From positions 1 to 62,062 of the forward strand of contig CAYLYJ010000002.1 of the NCBI GenBank assembly GCA_964388185.1: a stretch of DNA of 62,062 nt, written 5' to 3'. The position numbers were made by a program, and so were the translations under genes. The stretch is from an uncultured Coriobacteriaceae bacterium (GTDB lineage Bacteria > Actinomycetota > Coriobacteriia > Coriobacteriales > QAMH01). This document shows, piece after piece, positions 29,515 through 39,505 of the stretch. Every line of letters starts with the position of its first letter. Position 1 is the first letter of the stretch. Below the pieces are notes generated by a model. It made no database searches. It saw nothing but the letters and a program-made list of their open reading frames with translations, and was not told the origin of the DNA.

Positions 29515-30096
29515 ATGAAACGAACTCGCATTGTCGCAACAATTCTCGTGGCCTGCCTCGGGTTATGCGCGCTTGCGCTTGTCATGGCGGGATGCGGACA
29601 GGCTACGACATCCGCCTCGTCGACGTCTCGGGCAAGTATGGGCTCAAGTAGCGCTTCCTCAAGTGTCGCAAGTGATGAATTGGCCATTCCCGTTATCGGT
29701 TCGGGGGATACGACCATACAGGTCAAAAACGAGACGGGCTACGACATCATCGGTATTCGCATCAAGCCGTCGAGTCAAGCCGATTACTCCGCCGAGAACA
29801 GCTTCGATGGTTTCAACTTTTCGAACGGAAGCAGCGTCAGTCTTTCGTTTACGCGCGCGCAGAGCACGTCGAGCTATGATGTCTTGCTTCTCACCTCTGA
29901 AGACAGCAAAATTGCGGTGCGCGACATCAATCTCATCGATACCAAGGACATGGTCTTTCACTTTGATGAAGGTGTCGGATACATCAGCTATACCGATGCC
30001 GATACGGGCGAGTCTGTAGACAACAGAACGCAGGCACTCGATGCGGAAGACGATGCCGATATCACCGTGTCCGATCTTGAGACCCAGAAGGGATAG
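29515..30096 (+). CDS. Lipoprotein of unknown function.
   Basis: 193-aa ORF with AAGGAG upstream. A lipobox-like LVMAGC follows a hydrophobic N-terminus, and a Ser-rich linker comes next. Confidence 0.6.
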   Translation: MKRTRIVATILVACLGLCALALVMAGCGQATTSASSTSRASMGSSSASSSVASDELAIPVIGSGDTTIQVKNETGYDIIGIRIKPSSQADYSAENSFDGFNFSNGSSVSLSFTRAQSTSSYDVLLLTSEDSKIAVRDINLIDTKDMVFHFDEGVGYISYTDADTGESVDNRTQALDAEDDADITVSDLETQKG

Positions 30097-30107
30097 CGTG
30101 AGGTTCT

Positions 30108-32915
30108 ATGCGGCTTAAGCTGCTCTCCATTGCATTTGTCACCACGTGCTTGCTGTTTATGGTCCCTGCCTATGCGGATCCGGCAGATGACGTGACGGGT
30201 ACGCCGGTTGGGGCTGCTCAGGTCGAGCAGGGTTCGGTGCAGCTTGCCTCAGCTCAAGATGCGGGCAATCAAGGTATGCAAACGCCGGACGATACGGGAC
30301 AGGGTCTCGGTCCTGCGTCTGATTCCGATTCCGCGCCTGATCCTGATCCGGTACTTCCTCCCGCGCATCCTGTTGACGAGGCGCCAGGCACTGTCGATGG
30401 AAATCAGGCGGCCGTCAGCAAAACCGAAACGAAAACCGAGACCGTCAAGATCGACAAGAAGGATATGCACCGCCTCTACAACCCGAACAGCGGTGAGCAT
30501 TTCTATACGGCAGATCTTGCCGAGCGCAACAATCTGATAAGGCTGGGATGGAAGTACGAGGGCGTCGGTTGGATGGCTCCCGTAGAGAGCGACCACCCTG
30601 TCTTTCGCCTCTACAATCCCAATGCGGGTGATCATCACTATACGCTGGATGTGAAGGAGCGCGACCATCTGAGGAGCGTCGGATGGATCTTCGAAGGCAT
30701 CGGCTGGTATTCAGCTCTTGCATCGGAGGGCAAGTCCGTCCTGCGTCAGTACAATCCCAATGCCGTGGCTGGCACGCATAACTTCACGGTCGACGCGAGC
30801 GAAAACCAGATGCTCATCCGCGCCGGCTGGCGAGCCGAGGGTATTGGTTGGTATGCGCTCGTGTCTGACACCAAGAACGTCCAGACGAGCACGGATACGG
30901 TGATCGAGGAGGCCCCTTACCTGACCGCCACGTTCACGACAGCACGCGGTGAAGCTCCCGAGACCATCGTATCGTATGGCAAGAAGAACGAGACCTACCT
31001 TTTCCTGCCTGCCTATGCATCGCTCGAAAGCATCTACCTGAGTGCCCGTACGGCGCAAGATAGGGCATGCACGCTCATGCTTGCCGGCAAAGGCGCGTAT
31101 GTCACCGTCGATCCGCGCTCTCCGATGAACTTGCTTTCTCTCGGCGTATCGCGTGATGCAAACGGCACGCTTAAGCTCAGCTTCAAGACATCGTTGAGCA
31201 AAACCGTCTTTCCGCTCATTGTCATGCAGTCGGCAAACGTATCGACGATATACATAAACAGCAACGACATCGATGCGCAGGGACGCGACTTCATCGAGTC
31301 GAGCAAGGACCATAGCGCCAAGGCGAACGTCGTCGTGCGCATGCTTGACCAACAGGGCGGTGTCATCTATGACGAGGACAGTTTCGGTAGTGACAAGAAG
31401 AAGCTTTCCACTATCAAGGGACGTGGTAATTCCACGTGGGCAAACGGCATCAAGAAGCCCTATCAGATTTCGCTGAGCAAGAAGACGGACCTCATAGGCA
31501 CCGATGCGGCTGCTAAGAAATGGATTCTGCTCGCCAACAGTGCTGATGCGAGCCTCATGCACTCGAGCGTTGCGTTTGATCTAGCTGCCGAGCTCGGGCT
31601 TGCAACAGTTGACGTGCGTCCGGTTGACCTGTATTACGACGGCGAGTATCGCGGAAGCTACCTGCTTACCGAGAAGATTGAAATTGGCACGGGGCGTGTT
31701 GACATTTTCGACCTGGAAGAAGAAATCGATCTTGCCAATCCCGGCGCAGAGCTCGACAAGCAGCCCGTTGCCAAGGCGACCAACGTCTATGGTAATGAGT
31801 ACCAGTACGTTACCGGTGTCAACGACCCCGCGGACATTTCGGGCGGCTACTTGTTGGAGCTCGACTGCGGCTATTACGCTGCCGAGCTGTGTTGGTTCAG
31901 CGCGACGTGGCCTGGTGCGAAGAAAAAGGTGTACTTCGTGCTCAAGAGCCCCGAGGTCGCCTCCAAGAATGCCGTTTCGTTCATCAGCGAAGCCGTGCAA
32001 GAAGCCCTCAACAACTTTGCCAACGACAAGCTTGCCGACGGCGCAGCGCTGGTTGACGGAACGTACGCGTTTGACCTTGACACCTTTGCGAAAATGTACC
32101 TTCTCGAAGAATTCCTCAAGAACAACGACGCATATACGAGCTCAACGTACTTCACCTTGGACAAGGGTAGCAAGGTCATCTACTCTGGCCCCGTCTGGGA
32201 TTTCGATGCCGGCATGGGAACGCGTACCGATGCCAATGACTCCATGCAGAGCAGCTATTGGGGCTGTTTCCTCGACACGCATCGCACGCTAGCGACTCCC
32301 TCGATCAAAAAGCGTGTCCAGGAGATTTACGCGGATTCCTTCAGGAACCTGATCGCCAATGTCGTTCTCGGCAGCACGCAAGCGCTTGGCCCTCTGGACA
32401 AGCTCCATTCCATCACCGCGTACGCGAGCCATATTACCGCCTCGCAGCGCATGAACGAGATCCCCTTTGGCGTGACCTCTTTCGATTTCCAGGCCAAGCC
32501 GTTTTCCACCTGGAAGCTTAATGTCGAGTACTTTGCCAAATGGCTCCAATGTCGCCTGCAATGGTTTGATGGGAACATCGCCGAGCTGGGCAATGTCATG
32601 CTTACGGGCAATACAAGCGCGAATCGTTGGAGCGGAGGCTTTGATTACGGTCTTGTTTTTGATTATCAGTACTATCTCGAGAAGAATCCTGACCTTGCCG
32701 CGGCAGGCATAAAGACGCCCCAAGAGGCTCTGGAACATTTCGTGACCTTTGGCATGTACGAGAGCAGCCGTATTGGCACGACGGCGCGTAACTTCAATGT
32801 CAAAGCCTACATGGATAAGAATCCCGAGCTGAAGAAGTCTCTGGGTACTGATATGGCCGCCTATTACAGGCATTACTGCACGAAGGGTTTCAAGGAGGGC
32901 CTTGTCTGCTGGTAG
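30108..32915 (+). CDS. Secreted CotH-family (kinase-like) protein with an N-terminal triple repeat and C-terminal Y..NPDL...HF...G..E motifs.
   Basis: 935-aa ORF. The repeats lie at 30465-30854. The central region (YQISLSKKTDL...KKWILLANSADASLMHS...VDLYYDGEYRGSYLLTEKIE) resembles the CotH family. Confidence 0.6.
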   Translation: MRLKLLSIAFVTTCLLFMVPAYADPADDVTGTPVGAAQVEQGSVQLASAQDAGNQGMQTPDDTGQGLGPASDSDSAPDPDPVLPPAHPVDEAPGTVDGNQAAVSKTETKTETVKIDKKDMHRLYNPNSGEHFYTADLAERNNLIRLGWKYEGVGWMAPVESDHPVFRLYNPNAGDHHYTLDVKERDHLRSVGWIFEGIGWYSALASEGKSVLRQYNPNAVAGTHNFTVDASENQMLIRAGWRAEGIGWYALVSDTKNVQTSTDTVIEEAPYLTATFTTARGEAPETIVSYGKKNETYLFLPAYASLESIYLSARTAQDRACTLMLAGKGAYVTVDPRSPMNLLSLGVSRDANGTLKLSFKTSLSKTVFPLIVMQSANVSTIYINSNDIDAQGRDFIESSKDHSAKANVVVRMLDQQGGVIYDEDSFGSDKKKLSTIKGRGNSTWANGIKKPYQISLSKKTDLIGTDAAAKKWILLANSADASLMHSSVAFDLAAELGLATVDVRPVDLYYDGEYRGSYLLTEKIEIGTGRVDIFDLEEEIDLANPGAELDKQPVAKATNVYGNEYQYVTGVNDPADISGGYLLELDCGYYAAELCWFSATWPGAKKKVYFVLKSPEVASKNAVSFISEAVQEALNNFANDKLADGAALVDGTYAFDLDTFAKMYLLEEFLKNNDAYTSSTYFTLDKGSKVIYSGPVWDFDAGMGTRTDANDSMQSSYWGCFLDTHRTLATPSIKKRVQEIYADSFRNLIANVVLGSTQALGPLDKLHSITAYASHITASQRMNEIPFGVTSFDFQAKPFSTWKLNVEYFAKWLQCRLQWFDGNIAELGNVMLTGNTSANRWSGGFDYGLVFDYQYYLEKNPDLAAAGIKTPQEALEHFVTFGMYESSRIGTTARNFNVKAYMDKNPELKKSLGTDMAAYYRHYCTKGFKEGLVCW

Positions 32916-32917
32916 CC

Positions 32918-32997
32918 ATGTGACAGGGGTCAGGCCCCTGTCACATTTTATTTTTGCTGGTCAACACCATGTGACAGGGGCCTGACCCCTGTCACAT
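32918..32997. repeat. REP-like palindromic pair, site E. E1 (32918-32946) and E2 (32969-32997) are identical 29-mers in inverted orientation. Each is followed by a T run.
   Basis: Read directly. E1 starts 2 nt after the TAG at 32913-32915 and is followed by TTTTATTTTT. E2 lies inside the 3' end of the minus-strand flippase ORF. Confidence 0.9.
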
Positions 32998-34273
32998 TTT
33001 TGTGGACGTTGCCGATCGCGATCACGAGGAAGAAAATGATCGTCGCGCCGTAGGCGATCATGATCGCGAAGCTTGCGCCATTCATTCCGAAGGCATGGAT
33101 CATGGGATACATGGTCGCAAGTATAATCACGAACGATATGGCATATCCTGCGAGGTTCATCGCGTTCTTTCGCATGGTGATAAGCACATCGCCCAAAAAC
33201 CACACGTATGCCGTCATGACCGTGCATAGCACGAGCGGAATAATCAGGTACGTATATGGTGCGATGCTCTGTCCGAAGATCAATACGAGCAGAGGCTCTC
33301 CCGCAAGTGCGAAGAGCGCGCCAAACGCAAACGCGAGCGCGAAGATGGCAAGCGTGACTTGCAGCACGAGACGCAGGAAACCGCGTTTGTCATGGGCTTG
33401 GAGGAGCTCGGCAAAGTGGGTCAGAAGCGGCGCGTAGATATACTGGGCACACATCTGCACGATGAGAACGGGCGCAGCCACTGACGAGTAGATGCCCAGG
33501 AACCACTCGCCCATGACGTCGTTGAGCGCTTGCCGGGGGATGGCGGGAACTGCCCAGCAGAAAAACGATGCGATGACGAGCGGCAGGCATTGAATGAACA
33601 GTGACTTGATGGCACGGGTCTCGAAGGCGGGTTTGAGGGGCTTGCCTGTCACCTTGAGAAATGCGATGCCGTCGAATAACGCGATTTCCAGATACGTCGT
33701 TACCGTCATGAGAATGAGGGCGATGTTGAGCGAATTGAAGAGCGCCATGCCGATGATGAAGGAGACGAGTAGCAGGATACCGCGCAGGATGAACGAGATG
33801 CCGATGACGTCCATGCGTGATTCGCGTTGCTCCTCGCCGTGCAAGACATCCACGAACACGGGGCCAAGCGAGAAGAAGCCGTACAGGATGACCGTAATCC
33901 AGGTACCTGGTGGACAGGTCAAGAAGCAGTAGGCGAACATGACGACGATGGCCATACCAACGGTGATGATCCTGAACCCCAAGTACTGCCTGAAGGTGAA
34001 CTCTTCCTCGAGATCGGACACTTGAAAGGCACGTATCTTGTAATAGCCGATGGGCGAGAAGATGTTCGATACGGCCATGCCGAGGGCGAGCAAACCGGCT
34101 GCATCATATCCAGTGGAAAGTCGCACGACGAGAATCGTGGTGAGCCACTGGGCGGCCATGTAGACCAGGGAACCCGCAGCATTCCAGATCATGTTGGCGC
34201 GTATAGATAGCGTTTTGCGTGTGTCCTGGCTCATATGTGCATCATGCCCGTCCGATATTGGTATGATTCGCAT
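32948..34273 (-). CDS. MOP-superfamily polysaccharide flippase (Wzx-like).
   Basis: 441-aa ORF with about 12-14 hydrophobic segments. The N-terminus (SIRANMIWNAAGSLVYMAAQW) is typical of Wzx. An alternative start is at 34234. The last 17 codons (NVTGVRPLSHGVDQQK) read through element E2. Confidence 0.7.
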   Translation of the reverse strand: MRIIPISDGHDAHMSQDTRKTLSIRANMIWNAAGSLVYMAAQWLTTILVVRLSTGYDAAGLLALGMAVSNIFSPIGYYKIRAFQVSDLEEEFTFRQYLGFRIITVGMAIVVMFAYCFLTCPPGTWITVILYGFFSLGPVFVDVLHGEEQRESRMDVIGISFILRGILLLVSFIIGMALFNSLNIALILMTVTTYLEIALFDGIAFLKVTGKPLKPAFETRAIKSLFIQCLPLVIASFFCWAVPAIPRQALNDVMGEWFLGIYSSVAAPVLIVQMCAQYIYAPLLTHFAELLQAHDKRGFLRLVLQVTLAIFALAFAFGALFALAGEPLLVLIFGQSIAPYTYLIIPLVLCTVMTAYVWFLGDVLITMRKNAMNLAGYAISFVIILATMYPMIHAFGMNGASFAIMIAYGATIIFFLVIAIGNVHKNVTGVRPLSHGVDQQK

Positions 34274-34334
34274 GTTTGGTTCAGCATTATCGCCTGCGCA
34301 TCTCTATGACGCAACAATCGAGAGCTCGGGCTGA

Positions 34335-36407
34335 TTGGGGGATCGCCTCGTGTGGCTGCTCTTTGGCATGGCTGTTATTGTCTGCGTACTCTCGTTTTAC
34401 CTGCCCGGTTTTCTTCTTTTCGCCGGTTTGGGCGTCAGCCGCCTGAGGGCGCTGCTCATTGCCCCACTTGCAAGTGTCGCGGGCTATTGTCTGCTCGGCA
34501 TCGTGTTGCCCAAGCTCGGCGTATTCTGCTCGTGGGCGAGCGTCTTTCTTCCCATGCTCGTAATCTGCGCTGCTGTCTTCGCCATTCGATCTGTGCACGA
34601 TCGCAAATCACCCTCGTCTGTTGAGCAGCCCGGCGTTCTTGACTGGAAGACGCTTGGCATATATGTCGCTTTCGGGCTTGTCATCGGTACGTACATGTAC
34701 GTAATGCCGCTCGGCGCGCCTGACGCCTTCTCGCAGGAATACGACAACGCCTTTCACATGGAGACGATTCGGGCCTTTGCCGATTCGGGTATATGGTCGG
34801 TTCTCGAGGTCTCCAAGTACATGACGCCCGCTGACCAGGCCATAGTTCCGCTCCCGGGCGCCGGCTTTTATCCGGCACTTTGGCACCTCATGTGCGCGCT
34901 CGTCGTGAACGTGCTCGATTGCCCGGTGGCCCTCGCTCTCAATGCCGTGAACTTTACGGTGGCTAGCCTTATTTTCCCGACGGGCATGTTGCTTTTGCTT
35001 TCGACCATCTTCACGCGACGAAAGACGATCCGCCTTGGCTCGATCTGCACGCTTGCCTTCCTGGGATTTCCCTGGCTCATTCTCTACTGGGGCCCTCTGT
35101 ACGCGAATGCGTTTGGGTTCGCGCTTGCCCCGGCGGTTTGTGCGCTGTTCGTGCGCATCGTCGATGCGCTTGCCGCTCACACGCTCAAAGCGGTAGATAT
35201 CTTCGCCTTTCTTCTCGGCACCCTTGTGCTCGCCGTTGCACAGGCGAGTTCCATTTTCTTCTGCATCATCTTCCTCGCGCCCTACTGCGTGTACCGTCTG
35301 TGGACGCATGACGGTGCCGTGCATGTTGGCTCGCATGCGCTGCCACAGAAGCCCTGCGCCGTGCTTTTCGCTATCTTCGTTGTGGCCGTGTGGACGGGGT
35401 TTGTTTTCGCTCCGTTTATGCACTCGCTCGTCTTCAATAACGAATGGGGTGTGACACGGACGCTTGACCGGGGCATATGGGATGTCGTCACGATGACTTT
35501 CGGATGGTTTGAGCCACAGTACCCACTCATGGTCCTCGTGCTTATCGGCATCATATACACGGTGCGTCATCGAGAGTATCTCTGGATTACCGTTGCCTAT
35601 CTCGTCTTTTGCGTGATTTACGTCATCTGCGTTTCCAGCAGCGGTTTTGCGCGGCATTTCTTTGCGGGATTCTGGTATACGGACTCGTATCGTATCGTGG
35701 CGTGTCTTACCTTGGTGGGCATTCCCCTTGCCACGCTCGGCCTTGCGGCTATCGTGCGCTTTCTACGCGCTCCTATCCGGCTGCGCGAAAGGTCGCTTCG
35801 CATCTGCATCGGGGTGCTGCTTGCCGTGCTCTGTGTTGTCCTCTATCTGCCATCCCTGAGTTTTGGCGATTTCAAGATGGACACTGCCCTGGGAAAGATC
35901 CAGGAGGAGTACTTCGGGGCAAACCATAACGAGATTCCGAGCCACCACGTCATGCTCGATGCGGAGGAGGAGGCTTTCCTCGACGAGGTTGCACGTATTG
36001 TTCCCGAGGGAGAGCTCATACTCAACATGCCGGATGACGGGTCGATCTTTGCCTATGCGACTGACGGATTGCGCACTTACTATCGAGATTACCGTTTCTA
36101 CGACAACGGTTGGTCTTCGGGAAATGGTTCGCGCCCGCTCGAGACGCCCGAAAGCAAGATCATTCGCAAATACGGGGTATGGGTAGAGACAGACGAGCGG
36201 GTGCATGATGTATTCGAGGAGGTCGGAGCTCGCTACGTGCTCCTTCTTGACCAGGGCGAGGCAATAAAGCATCAGCCCAAGGTGCAGTCATATGATGATA
36301 GGCTCTGGACGGGATTGGCGGCTATAATGGATGATACGCCCGGCTTCAAGCCGGTTCTAAGCAAAGACGACATGCGGCTCTACGAGATAACCGCATTAGA
36401 TGAATAG
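34335..36407 (+). CDS. Large polytopic membrane protein with a C-terminal soluble domain. Candidate polymerase, ligase or GT-C enzyme.
   Basis: 690-aa ORF starting at TTG, with later GTG/ATG starts possible. More than 12 TM segments are followed by a ~180-aa hydrophilic tail. The functional call comes from context only. Confidence 0.4.
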   Translation: MGDRLVWLLFGMAVIVCVLSFYLPGFLLFAGLGVSRLRALLIAPLASVAGYCLLGIVLPKLGVFCSWASVFLPMLVICAAVFAIRSVHDRKSPSSVEQPGVLDWKTLGIYVAFGLVIGTYMYVMPLGAPDAFSQEYDNAFHMETIRAFADSGIWSVLEVSKYMTPADQAIVPLPGAGFYPALWHLMCALVVNVLDCPVALALNAVNFTVASLIFPTGMLLLLSTIFTRRKTIRLGSICTLAFLGFPWLILYWGPLYANAFGFALAPAVCALFVRIVDALAAHTLKAVDIFAFLLGTLVLAVAQASSIFFCIIFLAPYCVYRLWTHDGAVHVGSHALPQKPCAVLFAIFVVAVWTGFVFAPFMHSLVFNNEWGVTRTLDRGIWDVVTMTFGWFEPQYPLMVLVLIGIIYTVRHREYLWITVAYLVFCVIYVICVSSSGFARHFFAGFWYTDSYRIVACLTLVGIPLATLGLAAIVRFLRAPIRLRERSLRICIGVLLAVLCVVLYLPSLSFGDFKMDTALGKIQEEYFGANHNEIPSHHVMLDAEEEAFLDEVARIVPEGELILNMPDDGSIFAYATDGLRTYYRDYRFYDNGWSSGNGSRPLETPESKIIRKYGVWVETDERVHDVFEEVGARYVLLLDQGEAIKHQPKVQSYDDRLWTGLAAIMDDTPGFKPVLSKDDMRLYEITALDE

Positions 36408-36428
36408 AGCTAGAGAGGCGTTACAGGA

Positions 36429-37559
36429 TTGATTAACTTCAATGAACCTCCCTTCGTGGGTACTGAGTTCGATTACGTACGGCAAGCCGTTGATAACAAG
36501 AAGATATGCGGGGATGGCCCCTTTACCAAACGTTGTCATAGATGGATAGAGGAGACCGCGGGCTGCCAAAAGGCGCTACTCACGACGAGCGGTACCGCCG
36601 CACTCGAGATGGCCGCATTGCTATGCGGCATCGAGGAGGGCGATGAGGTCATACTTCCGAGCTACACCTTCTCATCGACGGCGACGGCCTTCGTACTTGC
36701 CGGCGCCAGACTCGTGTTCGTGGATATTCGTCCGGATACCATGAACATTGACGAGTCAAAGATCGAAGCAGCCATTACGGACAGGACCAAAGTTATCGTT
36801 CCCGTCCACTATGCGGGTGTTGGTTGCGATATGGAAAAGATCATGGATATAGCCCAAAGACATGGGCTCAAGGTCGTCGAGGATGCGGCACAAGGCATTA
36901 TGAGCTCCTATCGCGACAAGGCTCTCGGCACGTTCGGAGACTTTGGCTGCTTCTCGTTTCACGAGACGAAGAATTACTCCATGGGCGAGGGCGGAGCGCT
37001 GCTCATCAACAATCCCGCTTATAATGACCAAGCCGAGATCTTGCGCGAGAAGGGCACGAATCGCACCCGCTTTTTCCGAGGCCAGGTCGACAAGTACACG
37101 TGGGTCGATTACGGGAGCAGCTATTTGCCCAGCGACATGAACGCCGCCTACCTCTGGGCACAGCTCGAGCAAGCCGATCGCATCAATGACAATCGTCTTG
37201 AGATGTGGAATCGCTACCATGACGCGTTTGCGAAATATGCGAATGGGGAGGGGTTGTCCCTTCCTGTAATCCCCGATGAGTGCACGCACAATGCTCACAT
37301 GTTCTACGTGAAGCTCGCGGATCTGGACGAGAGAACGGCCTTTATCCAGCATCTCAAGGACAATGGCGTTCAAGCGACCTTCCATTACGTCCCGCTGCAT
37401 TCGTCGCCAGCGGGAAGGAAATATGGCGCTTTTTCCGGTGCGGACGAGTTCACGACGCAAGAGAGCGAAAGGCTCGTGCGCTTGCCGCTGTATTATGGAT
37501 TGAGCCGCGAGGACCAAGACACGGTTGTACATGCGGTTGAGACATTCTTTGAAAGGTAG
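36429..37559 (+). CDS. wecE: dTDP-4-keto-6-deoxy-D-glucose aminotransferase (WecE/RffA, DegT family).
   Basis: 376-aa ORF that aligns end-to-end, from memory, with E. coli WecE. Shared segments include NFNEPPFVGTE..Y, GDGPFTKRC, LPSYTFSSTA, IVPVHYAGV, CFSFHETKNY and REKGTNRTRFFRGQVDKYTW. Confidence 0.85.
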   Translation: MINFNEPPFVGTEFDYVRQAVDNKKICGDGPFTKRCHRWIEETAGCQKALLTTSGTAALEMAALLCGIEEGDEVILPSYTFSSTATAFVLAGARLVFVDIRPDTMNIDESKIEAAITDRTKVIVPVHYAGVGCDMEKIMDIAQRHGLKVVEDAAQGIMSSYRDKALGTFGDFGCFSFHETKNYSMGEGGALLINNPAYNDQAEILREKGTNRTRFFRGQVDKYTWVDYGSSYLPSDMNAAYLWAQLEQADRINDNRLEMWNRYHDAFAKYANGEGLSLPVIPDECTHNAHMFYVKLADLDERTAFIQHLKDNGVQATFHYVPLHSSPAGRKYGAFSGADEFTTQESERLVRLPLYYGLSREDQDTVVHAVETFFER

Positions 37560-37566
37560 GCCTCGG

Positions 37567-38496
37567 TTGAGTATTTCGGTCGTCGTGCCCGTCTATGGTT
37601 GTCCCTCGGCTTTGCCTTCGTTGCACGAGCGCTTGGTGACAACGCTCGAGGGCATGCACCAAGATTTCGAGATCATTCTCGTCGATGACTGCTGTCCCCA
37701 GGATTCCTGGTCGCAAATCGTGAAGATTTGCGAGGACGATTTTCGGGCCAAGGGCGTCCGTCTGTCACGCAACTTTGGTCAGATACGTGCCATAACGGCC
37801 GGCCTCGACATATCCCGTGGCGACTGGGTCGTTGTCATGGACTGCGATTTGCAGGACAGGCCAGAGTCCATTCCCGAGCTTTACGAAAAGGCGCAGGAAG
37901 GTTATGACGTCGTCTTCGCTCGCCGCGTCGAGCGCAAAGACTCGGCCATGACCAAGTTTCTCTCCAAAACCTTCTACAAGGTTTACGATTACTTTTCCGA
38001 CGGCAATTACGATAATGCGATTTGCAATTTCAGTATCTCGCGACGGGTCGTCATTGATGCCTATTGCAGCATGCGGGAGCACAATCGCGCCTATACCATG
38101 TTTATCAAGTGGCTTGGCTTTAAGCAGACGTCCATAGACCTCAAGAGTGACGAGCGCTACGCTGGCGAGTCTTCCTATAGCTTCAAGAAGAAGCTCGTCA
38201 TGGCTATCGACATCATTACTGCACAATCGACCAAGCCCTTGAAGTTTGCCATGAACTTGGGTTTTATCATTGCGCTGCTTTCTTTCTTCGTTCTCATCTA
38301 CCTTGTCATTCAAAAGCTGTTTTTCGGACCCATATCGGTTGGCTACACATCTATGATGGCTTCTCTGTATCTCATGGGCGGTTTGATTCTGACAGCCATT
38401 GGCATTGTCGGGCTCTACATCGGCAATATCTTTACAGAGACCAAGAACAGGCCGCTTTACGTCATCGCCGAATATCTTAACCAGGAGGAAAAATGA
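37567..38496 (+). CDS. GT2 polyprenyl-phosphate amino-sugar/sugar transferase (ArnC/GtrB-like) with two C-terminal TM helices.
   Basis: ORF 37525..38496. A TTG at 37567 sits 7 nt after GAAAGGTAGG; an upstream ATG would overlap wecE. Motifs VVVPVYGC...IILVDDCCPQDS...RLSRNFGQ...VVMDCDLQD are present. Confidence 0.75.
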   Translation: MSISVVVPVYGCPSALPSLHERLVTTLEGMHQDFEIILVDDCCPQDSWSQIVKICEDDFRAKGVRLSRNFGQIRAITAGLDISRGDWVVVMDCDLQDRPESIPELYEKAQEGYDVVFARRVERKDSAMTKFLSKTFYKVYDYFSDGNYDNAICNFSISRRVVIDAYCSMREHNRAYTMFIKWLGFKQTSIDLKSDERYAGESSYSFKKKLVMAIDIITAQSTKPLKFAMNLGFIIALLSFFVLIYLVIQKLFFGPISVGYTSMMASLYLMGGLILTAIGIVGLYIGNIFTETKNRPLYVIAEYLNQEEK

Positions 38497-39503
38497 TTAT
38501 TGTTCTGGGTGCAACGGGGTTTATCGGCATGTACACGGTGAAGTACCTGCTCTCGCAGGGCAAGGACGTGTTTGCCACAGGTAGAAACGAGGAGCTCGGT
38601 GCTGCGCTTGTCGATATGGGCGCACGATTCGCGCGGCTCGACATCACATCGAAGGAAGATTTTGCGCAGTTGCCCACGGACGATGTCGAGGGCGTTATTG
38701 TCTTGGCGGGCCTTTTGCCGGCAAATGCGACTGCCGACCTGGAAGACGAGGAAAACGCTGCCGACTATTTCGAGGTTAACGTCATCGGGCTCATCAACGT
38801 GCTCGAATGGTGTCGCAAGCATGGTGTGAGAAAGGTCATCTCCACATGCAGCTATTCCGATGTGTCCGGAGCGTGGGGCAAAGGGTATCCCATCACCGAG
38901 GACGAGCCCCGGGATTTCAAGTTCACGGGCGATCATGCGGTGTATGTCATCAGCAAGAACGCTGCCAATGACGTGATGGAGTATTACAACCAGCAGCATG
39001 GCATGCAGTGCTCGTGCTTCCGGTTTCCCCCGGTATATGGCGTTGGTCCTCATGGGACGATTCTCGTCAACGGCAAGCCCTACAAGTCCGGTATCCAGAC
39101 TTTCATCGAGAAGGCCGAAGCCGGAGAGGATATCGAGCTGTGGGGTGACCCGCACATCAGCAGGGACATCATCTATGTCAAGGATGTTGCACGTGCCTTT
39201 GCGCTTGCGCTTGAAAGCGACAGGACCTATGGCCTGTACAACATGACAAGTGGCGTGGGGCTCGATCTGGAAGACCAAGCTCGTGCCGTCATTGACGTGT
39301 TTGGGCAGAACAAGGGCTCGCAGATTGTCTATCGGCCGGACAAGCCCAATAACACGCCGTCGTTCCTCTACTCGATGGAGAAGGCGGAACGCGACTTCGG
39401 TTTTGTGCCGGAGTACACTGATTATCACCTCATGATGCAGGACTACAAAGCCGAGCTCGAGAGCGGTCAATGGGACGAGCTCGCCACATCTCGTCCGCGA
39501 TAA
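38493..39503 (+). CDS. NAD(P)-dependent epimerase/dehydratase-family (SDR) enzyme.
   Basis: 336-aa ORF with GGAGGA upstream and an ATGA overlap with the previous stop. N-terminal Rossmann motif MIIVLGATGFIGMY is present, plus a YxxxK-like YVISK. Confidence 0.75.
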   Translation: MIIVLGATGFIGMYTVKYLLSQGKDVFATGRNEELGAALVDMGARFARLDITSKEDFAQLPTDDVEGVIVLAGLLPANATADLEDEENAADYFEVNVIGLINVLEWCRKHGVRKVISTCSYSDVSGAWGKGYPITEDEPRDFKFTGDHAVYVISKNAANDVMEYYNQQHGMQCSCFRFPPVYGVGPHGTILVNGKPYKSGIQTFIEKAEAGEDIELWGDPHISRDIIYVKDVARAFALALESDRTYGLYNMTSGVGLDLEDQARAVIDVFGQNKGSQIVYRPDKPNNTPSFLYSMEKAERDFGFVPEYTDYHLMMQDYKAELESGQWDELATSRPR

Positions 39504-39505
39504 CG

